Source: Nitratidesulfovibrio vulgaris str. Hildenborough
GTDB lineage: Bacteria > Desulfobacterota > Desulfovibrionia > Desulfovibrionales > Desulfovibrionaceae
Direction: 5' to 3'
Length of the DNA: 32,000 nt
Assembly (NCBI RefSeq): GCF_000195755.1
Contig: NC_002937.3
Span: forward strand, 3,450,001 to 3,482,000
The number at the start of each line of letters is the position of its first letter. Position 1 is the stretch's first letter. The translations under genes were made by a program, and so were the position numbers. Positions 26,770 to 32,000 of the stretch are shown piece after piece. Under the pieces are notes generated by a model. It did not search any database and was not told where the DNA came from. It saw only the letters and a list, made by a program, of their open reading frames with translations.

Positions 26770-27826
26770 GCGCCCCGGCGACGCCGCCGGCACGTTCCGC
26801 GGCACGCCCCCTCCACATGGAACCGAGGATGATGACCGCCCCGATGAACAGCGCGAAGCACATGCACACGAAGCTGACCCGACCGAGGATGGTCAGTGTC
26901 GATGCCGACAGGTCCATAAGGCCCAGCTTCACGAGATAGCCCGGCAGGGCGATACAGCGGCTCACCGCCACGATGAGCATGATGGTGGCCATGACGACCT
27001 TGATCATGTGTTCGCGGACATAGGTGGTGCCGATGGCGCCAAGCTGCACGCCCAGCAGCGAACCGCCGAGGATGATGAGCACCAGACGGATGTCCACAAG
27101 CCCGTGCATGGCCCAGTTGATCGACCCCCCGAGACCCATGATGAACGCCACGACCAGTTCCGTGGCGGAAGCCATGATGCCGGGAACACCCAGAACATAG
27201 ATCATGCCGGGAACGCCCACGAAACCGCCCACGGCGATGGTAGCGGCGAGCAACCCCGTGGCGAGGCCCACCGGAACGGTGAACCAGAATGAGATGCGTA
27301 TGCCCGAGGTCTTGAACGTGACCATGGGCGGCAGTTCTATCTGTTGCAGGCGACGGGCCAGCGGGGGCGTTCCCTCGGGGATATGGCATCGCGCGCAACG
27401 AATCGCGTCCTGCATCACGTAGCCGCCCACGATGACGAGGACCGCCACGAACGACAGGCTCACATAGAGGTCCGAACCGGCCTGACCCCATGTCTGAAGC
27501 ACCATCTGCTGGATGCGGATGCCGCCCTGTACCCCCACGGCCGCCGAGATGGCCATGTACAGGCCCAGCTTGAGGTCCACCTGCCCGTACTTGAAGCGCT
27601 TGATGGTGCCCACGAGGGCCTTGGGGAACTTGTGGCACATGTTGCTGGCCACAGCCACCGTACCGGGTACCCCAAGGCTCATCATGCCGGGCGTGAGCAC
27701 GAACGCCCCCCCGGAACCGATGAAGCCGCTGACCAGACCGCCGATGAAGCCGACGATGAAGAGGAACGCCACCGAGGCGGCATTGAGTTCGATGAAGCGC
27801 GAAGGGTCGAGCGCGAGAATATCCAT
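26756..27826 (-). CDS. TauE/SafE (TSUP, DUF81) family anion exporter, 356 aa
   Basis: Two homologous 4-TM halves with glycine-rich motifs (GFIGGLVSGFIGSGGAFVLTPGMM and ATGLLAATIAVGGFVGVPGMIYVLG). ATG at 27826 with AGGAG 7 nt upstream. Confidence 0.85.
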   Translation of the reverse strand: MDILALDPSRFIELNAASVAFLFIVGFIGGLVSGFIGSGGAFVLTPGMMSLGVPGTVAVASNMCHKFPKALVGTIKRFKYGQVDLKLGLYMAISAAVGVQGGIRIQQMVLQTWGQAGSDLYVSLSFVAVLVIVGGYVMQDAIRCARCHIPEGTPPLARRLQQIELPPMVTFKTSGIRISFWFTVPVGLATGLLAATIAVGGFVGVPGMIYVLGVPGIMASATELVVAFIMGLGGSINWAMHGLVDIRLVLIILGGSLLGVQLGAIGTTYVREHMIKVVMATIMLIVAVSRCIALPGYLVKLGLMDLSASTLTILGRVSFVCMCFALFIGAVIILGSMWRGRAAERAGGVAGAHGQA

Positions 27827-27839
27827 GCCGATGCTCCTG

Positions 27840-28133
27840 TCATGCCTTCACGGTGGCGCGTGCCGAAGGGCGTGCCACCGTGGTTTCTGCGGCCTTGCGG
27901 GCTTGCGGGCGCGCATTCACTCCGAGGACGCTCCACAGGTCGCTGGCGAACGTGCCATGGACGTACGAGAACGCGAACACCGTCGCTATGGGGCCTGCGG
28001 CCCACAACGACCCGCGGGCGAACATGGACGTGATGACTTCGGCGTGGGTGAACACCGCCGCATACATGGCGACGGTCAACAGACCGAAGACGGTCATGCG
28101 TCCCACGGGTTTACGGTCAGTCTTTGCAGCCAT
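27840..28133 (-). CDS. Small two-TM membrane protein, 97 aa
   Basis: ATG at 28133 with AAGGGAGAG upstream. Its stop is 13 nt before the TauE start. Hydrophobic segments VFGLLTVAMYAAVF and LWAAGPIATVFAFSYV. Confidence 0.6.
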   Translation of the reverse strand: MAAKTDRKPVGRMTVFGLLTVAMYAAVFTHAEVITSMFARGSLWAAGPIATVFAFSYVHGTFASDLWSVLGVNARPQARKAAETTVARPSARATVKA

Positions 28134-28194
28134 TGACTCTCTCCCTTGGTTTGCCCGCGCTGCGGGTCATGCCTACGGAGGGGCACAAGCCCTC

Positions 28195-28758
28195 CTAGTC
28201 GACCGTGAACAGGGCCAAAGGCATCCGGCCCTGCAATCGCAAGCCCTCTTCAGGCTCGCTCAAGACCATCTCCACACGTCCCAGCGACCGGGTCATGCGG
28301 GTGATGGCGTCTCCAATCTCCGCGAAACACACTTCGTGGCCTGCCGGCACCCCGCACGCCCGGGCGGCTTCCAGCCAGTAGCGGGCCGAAACCCCAGCCT
28401 GTGCGGTGTAGGCCTCTCGTGTGCTGTCCCCTGCCTCTGCCGGCCCTACGGTCAGGAAGGTCAGCGCGGCATCCATGCGACCCGCCAGCGAGATGGCGTA
28501 CCCCGCAAGCCGCGCCGAAAAACCCGCGCCATGTCCCACGACCAGCAGGCGCTTGCGCCCCTGTCCCTCGCGGCGCATGACCGCCCCGGCAAGCAGCATC
28601 TCCCCCGCCTCGGCAAGGGCGATGGCCTCCGCGTAGTCGGCCAGACGCTCTTCGATGGCGTTGACGCGTCCTGCGCGTACGCCGTCGGGCACGTCACGGG
28701 CGCCTCGACGCAACAATGAAAACCACTTCGGTCTCATCCCTGACTCCTGAAATCCCAT
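28195..28758 (-). CDS. Hypothetical protein with Usp-like core, 187 aa (alternative start ATG 28737, 180 aa)
   Basis: KRLLVVGHGAGFSARLAGYAISLAGRMDAALTFLTV resembles the first strand-helix-strand of Usp folds. The ATG at 28758 shares a base with the upstream stop (TGATG). The ATG at 28737 has AGGAG 6 nt upstream. Confidence 0.6.
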   Translation of the reverse strand: MGFQESGMRPKWFSLLRRGARDVPDGVRAGRVNAIEERLADYAEAIALAEAGEMLLAGAVMRREGQGRKRLLVVGHGAGFSARLAGYAISLAGRMDAALTFLTVGPAEAGDSTREAYTAQAGVSARYWLEAARACGVPAGHEVCFAEIGDAITRMTRSLGRVEMVLSEPEEGLRLQGRMPLALFTVD

Positions 28759-28937
28759 CAGACGCGCTGCCGGGGTGCAGGACGGGAGGTCACCGTCTTG
28801 CCTGCCACCGGGGTCGGGCGCCGGTCTTGCCGGGTTTCAAGCGAACGGACGAGATAGGCGGCCTCCGTCTTCTGGTCACGTTCTGCGAAAGCCACCGCGG
28901 CGAAGAGCGTCTCAACGGAATGGCGGATGGTTCCCAT
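28758..28937 (-). CDS. Small basic hypothetical protein, 59 aa, first gene of the TauE operon
   Basis: ATG at 28937 (MGTIRHSVETLFAAV...) with GGGAGAA about 6 nt upstream, and a sigma54-like element about 40 nt upstream. The longer track ORF (to 29084) would start inside a strong hairpin. Confidence 0.4.
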   Translation of the reverse strand: MGTIRHSVETLFAAVAFAERDQKTEAAYLVRSLETRQDRRPTPVAGKTVTSRPAPRQRV

Positions 28938-28975
28938 TTTGCTTCTCCCGGCTTCATGTTTTTTGTGAGAGCCAT

Positions 28976-28991
28976 AACAAGCCCCGTGCCA
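28976..28991 (-). promoter_or_regulatory. Candidate sigma54 (-24/-12) promoter of the TauE/Usp-like operon
   Basis: The minus strand reads TGGCACGgggcTTGTT. The -24 element is perfect and the spacing is correct, but the -12 GC is GT. The predicted start is about 30 nt upstream of the ATG at 28937. Confidence 0.4.
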
Positions 28992-29054
28992 AGCGCGATT
29001 CCGATCACAACCATTCAAAATGATGAGACATTCACTGCACGGATCTCCACAGCG

Positions 29055-29088
29055 CAAAAAGCCTCGTGTTGCGATATGCAACACGAGG
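29055..29088 (-). promoter_or_regulatory. 11-bp-arm inverted repeat CCTCGTGTTGC-gatat-GCAACACGAGG; either an activator-binding site or a minus-strand intrinsic terminator
   Basis: Perfect arms at 29062-29072 and 29078-29088. On the minus strand the stem is followed by CTTTTTG. It lies 71-97 bp upstream of the sigma54-like element, in an AT-rich divergent intergenic region. Confidence 0.5.
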
Positions 29089-29216
29089 CCACTTCAAAGG
29101 CACAATACTACTTGCTTTTCACAAGGTTAGGCTGAAAAATACACACATGCTGCATAATGCAACACCAGAGCAGGATGCAGCAGACGGCAACACCGGGCAT
29201 GGAGGTAGCGAACGGC

Positions 29217-31265
29217 ATGATCTTCTTCAGGAAACTCATCGAACCCGGCTGCGCCCCGGAAGAGACAGCGGAAGACCCTACCACGCTTCGGGGCAAGGTC
29301 GCCGCAGCGAAACTCCCCGAAGACGCGCAGCGGGCCGCAGAGGCCGAAATCGCGCGCATGGAGAAGACCGACCCCTCGGTCGCCGAATATGCCATCGCCC
29401 TCGGCTACGTGGAGTGCCTGCTGTCACTGCCATGGTCGGACATGGCCCCCGCGTCGTTCGACCTCCATGGCGCCGCCCGCGTCTTCGACGCGAGTCATGC
29501 GGGACTGGGACAGGTTCGCGAACGGGTGCTGGAGCATCTCGCCGCCCACGCCCTCGGGGCATCACGCCCCTTCTCGCTGCTGGTGGTGGATGACGAACCC
29601 ATAGCGCGGGCGAACCTCGAACTCGTCCTGCGGCGCGAGGGGCACCATGTCGAGGTTGCCGCCAACGGGGAGGAGGCGTTGCGACGTTTCGACGGGCAGG
29701 AGTTCGACCTCGTCGTCTCCGACCTCAAGATGGACACCATGGACGGCCAGCAACTGCTCGAGGCGATACGCGAACGGTCGCCCGAGACGCAGTGCATCAT
29801 CGTCACCGGATTCGCCACCGTCGACAGTGCCGTCCGGGCCATGCGCTCGGGTGCCGTGCACTATCTCACCAAGCCCATCGACCTTGACGACCTGCGCGCT
29901 GCCGTGGCCGACGTGCTGCGCGGCCGCCGGGCACGCTACCGGATGCGCGCCCCCCTGCTGTGCTTCGTGGGCCCGCCCGGCGTGGGCAAGACATCGGTGG
30001 GGCAGGCCATCGCCAAGGCCATGAACCGCCCCTTCGTGCGCCTGTCGCTGGCCGACCTGCGCGACGAGGCCGAACTGCGCGGACACCGGCGCACCTACGC
30101 GGGCGCCATGCCCGGGCGCATCATGCAGGCCCTGCGCACGGCCGGAGTGCGCAACCCCGTCTTCATGCTCGACGAGATGGACAAGATGGGGCAGGACGCC
30201 CGTAGCGACCCCGCCATGGCCCTTCTCGAACTGCTCGACCCCGAGCAGAACGACCGTTTCCTCGACCGCTACGTGGACCTTCCCTTCGACCTTTCGGAGG
30301 TCATGTTCATCGCCACGGCCAACGACACCTCGCGTATGCGCGGACCACTGCTCGACAGGCTCGAGGTGGTGCCCTTCGCCGGGTACTCCGAAGACGAGAA
30401 GGCCGACATCGCCTCACGCTTCCTGCTGCCGCGCCAACTGCGCGAGCACGGGCTCGTGCACCCGCGCCCCGTGGTCGCGGACGAGGCCCTGCGCCGCATC
30501 GTACGTGACTATACCGACGAGGCGGGCGTGCGCGGGCTCGAGCGTGAACTGGCCCGACTGTGCCGCAAACTCGCACGCCTGCACATGGAGGGGCACGCCC
30601 CACTCCCCGCCGGACTGGACGCGGAGCAGGTCACCGCGCTTCTCGGCCCCGCCCGCTACAACCACGACAGGACGGGCGGCGGGCAGCACACGGGCCGAGC
30701 CACCGGGCTTGTCTGGTCGGAGAAGGGCGGCGAGGTCATCTTCGTGGAGGTCTCGACCATGGGGGGCTCGGGCCAGCTCATCCTCACCGGTTCGCTGGGT
30801 GACGTACTCAAGGAATCGGCCCGCATCGCCCTGAGCCACCTGCGCAGCACCCCCGACGTGTTCGGCCTGCGCGCCGTCCCGTTCGACAGGCTCGACATCC
30901 ACATCCACATCCCGGCGGGCGACGTGGCCAAGGACGGCCCCTCTGCGGGGGTGACCATCGCCGCCGCGCTGGTCTCGCGCCTTGCGGGCAGACCCGCCCG
31001 CGCCGATGTGGCCCTCTCGGGCGAACTATCGCTGGGCGGCAGCCTGCTGCCCGTGAGCGGCATCCGCGAGAAAGTCCTCGCCGCGGCGCGCGGCGGCGCG
31101 CGCACCGTCATCCTGCCCCGGGCCAACGCCCCTGACGTGGCCAACCTGCGAGCCACGGTTCAACGCCTGCCGCGCATCGAACTGGTCGGCAGCGTTTCAG
31201 ATGCGCTCGAAATCGTCCTTGCCCCTGCCGCGCAGCCCGCGACAAAGGGAGGCCTCGACGCATGA
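29217..31265 (+). CDS. lon: Lon-family (S16) AAA+ protease with an internal CheY-like receiver (REC) domain and no PUA-like N-domain, 682 aa
   Basis: aa 30-115: Lon N-terminal helical remnant (KLPEDAQRAAEAEIARMEKTDPSVAEYAIALGYVECLLSLPWS, HAGLGQVRERVLEHL). aa 121-236: REC (LLVVDDEP, DLVVSDLKMDTMDG, IIVTG, YLTKP). Walker A GPPGVGKT and Walker B FMLDEMDK. Protease Ser in KDGPSAGVT and Lys in GIREKVLAA. Start chosen at ATG 29217, with GGAGGT 10 nt upstream. Confidence 0.85.
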   Translation: MIFFRKLIEPGCAPEETAEDPTTLRGKVAAAKLPEDAQRAAEAEIARMEKTDPSVAEYAIALGYVECLLSLPWSDMAPASFDLHGAARVFDASHAGLGQVRERVLEHLAAHALGASRPFSLLVVDDEPIARANLELVLRREGHHVEVAANGEEALRRFDGQEFDLVVSDLKMDTMDGQQLLEAIRERSPETQCIIVTGFATVDSAVRAMRSGAVHYLTKPIDLDDLRAAVADVLRGRRARYRMRAPLLCFVGPPGVGKTSVGQAIAKAMNRPFVRLSLADLRDEAELRGHRRTYAGAMPGRIMQALRTAGVRNPVFMLDEMDKMGQDARSDPAMALLELLDPEQNDRFLDRYVDLPFDLSEVMFIATANDTSRMRGPLLDRLEVVPFAGYSEDEKADIASRFLLPRQLREHGLVHPRPVVADEALRRIVRDYTDEAGVRGLERELARLCRKLARLHMEGHAPLPAGLDAEQVTALLGPARYNHDRTGGGQHTGRATGLVWSEKGGEVIFVEVSTMGGSGQLILTGSLGDVLKESARIALSHLRSTPDVFGLRAVPFDRLDIHIHIPAGDVAKDGPSAGVTIAAALVSRLAGRPARADVALSGELSLGGSLLPVSGIREKVLAAARGGARTVILPRANAPDVANLRATVQRLPRIELVGSVSDALEIVLAPAAQPATKGGLDA

Positions 31266-32000
31266 GACCTCCCCTTTTCGGCACGCTCCGCGCCAACCTC
31301 CGGCAGCTTGTGATGGCGGGCATCGCCCTCTCCATTCTCGGCATCAGCGTACTTGGCGGCATGTCATACTCCTACCTGCTGCAACTGGATGACGCGCTTG
31401 GTCTTGCCGAGGTGGTAGACGACCTCAGCAGCGACATCCTCGAGATACGCCGATATGAGAAGAACTACCTTCTCTACGTCATGGAGGAGGACTACACCGA
31501 GAACCTCGCCTTCATCGAACGCGCCCTCGGCGTCACGAACGTCATCCTGCCCCCCGACGGCACGGGGATGCTTGGCACCGACGAACAGGGCAGGCACGCC
31601 ATCGTCGCCCTGCGCCAGCAACTGCACGGCTACCGCGCCACCATCACGCGGCTGGAACAGCTGCGGCGGCAAGGCGACAACCGGCAGGCAGACTCGCTGC
31701 TCAACGACCTGCGCGAAGAGGGGAAGCGCCTCGTGGAGGGCGCACGGCAAATCGCAGCCTACCAGCGGTCGCGCATCCTCGGCATGGTCTCGAAGCTCAA
31801 GCAGCAGCTGCTCATCTCCATCCTCGGCTTTCTCGCCGTGGCCGTGTTCTTCTCATGGCTGGTGGGACGCAGGCTTCTGGGGGCCTTCACCCTCATCGAG
31901 AACGCCACCCGGGGCATCGTGCAGGGCGACTTCAAGCCGTTGCCCCTTCCGGACAGCCGCGACGAGTCACGCAGCGTCGTCAAGGCACTCAATCACATGA
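31262..32000 (+). CDS. Membrane sensor protein with HAMP domain (probable histidine kinase), 5-prime partial; runs off the window
   Basis: Not in the supplied ORF track because it has no stop in the window. My own translation from ATG 31262 gives 246 codons without a stop: MRPPLFGTLRANLRQLVMAGIALSILGISVLGG (TM1), a ~140-aa helical sensor region (LEIRRYEKNYLLY...), LLISILGFLAVAVFFSWLVG (TM2), then RRLLGAFTLIENATRGIVQGDFKPLPLP..SRSVVKALNHM (HAMP). The ATG overlaps the lon stop (ATGA). Confidence 0.75.
   Translation, partial: MRPPLFGTLRANLRQLVMAGIALSILGISVLGGMSYSYLLQLDDALGLAEVVDDLSSDILEIRRYEKNYLLYVMEEDYTENLAFIERALGVTNVILPPDGTGMLGTDEQGRHAIVALRQQLHGYRATITRLEQLRRQGDNRQADSLLNDLREEGKRLVEGARQIAAYQRSRILGMVSKLKQQLLISILGFLAVAVFFSWLVGRRLLGAFTLIENATRGIVQGDFKPLPLPDSRDESRSVVKALNHM

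Noticed and set aside
29093-29117. GGCAC...TTGCT on the plus strand upstream of the Lon gene as a sigma54 promoter
   Set aside because: The spacing between GG and GC is 3 nt too long for a -24/-12 promoter. A sigma70-like TTGCTT-17 nt-AAAAAT (29112-29140) is a more plausible but still weak candidate.
29157-29216. Three upstream in-frame ATGs for the Lon gene (29157, 29175, 29199)
   Set aside because: None has a purine-rich SD. Only the ATG at 29217 is preceded by GGAGGT. The start remains uncertain by up to 20 codons, which does not affect the domain interpretation.
1-32000. Mobile genetic elements, prophage or defence islands
   Set aside because: No transposase, integrase, recombinase, terminal inverted repeats, phage structural genes, restriction-modification genes or cas genes were recognisable. 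The GC content of coding regions is uniform, which argues for core chromosome.

Overview
High-GC (~65%) bacterial chromosomal window. Gene content and codon style fit a Desulfovibrio-type sulfate reducer (inference). I support about 30 protein genes. I found no rRNA, tRNA, CRISPR array, transposase or integrase. Many long ORFs in the supplied track are antisense shadow ORFs typical of GC-rich DNA. The track also prints GTG starts as M, so several starts were re-picked using Shine-Dalgarno context.

Gene order, left to right:
- a minus-strand operon (YkgJ-type Cys-cluster protein, hypothetical protein, TPR protein)
- a 7-Cys ferredoxin, an HtrA/DegP protease, and cobT
- an orphan OppF/DppF-type ABC ATPase broken by a 1-nt frameshift
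- a hypothetical protein and a DraG-like ADP-ribosylglycohydrolase
- two copies of a 131-bp repeat and two divergent small ORFs
- an L-lactate permease and a glycosyltransferase family 2 protein
- a three-gene split (archaeal-type) glutamate synthase
- an AlsS-like ThDP enzyme plus an aldehyde dehydrogenase
- a hemolysin-III protein, a small membrane protein, and an aromatic amino acid permease
- a five-gene TauE/Usp-like operon

The most unusual locus is at the right end. It is a Lon protease that lacks the usual N-terminal substrate-binding domain. It carries a complete CheY-like receiver domain just upstream of its AAA+ module. Its stop overlaps (ATGA) the start of a HAMP membrane sensor whose ORF is missing from the supplied track.

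Two candidate sigma54 promoters, each with upstream inverted repeats, sit in front of small-ORF-led minus-strand transcription units (8944-9063 and 28976-29088).
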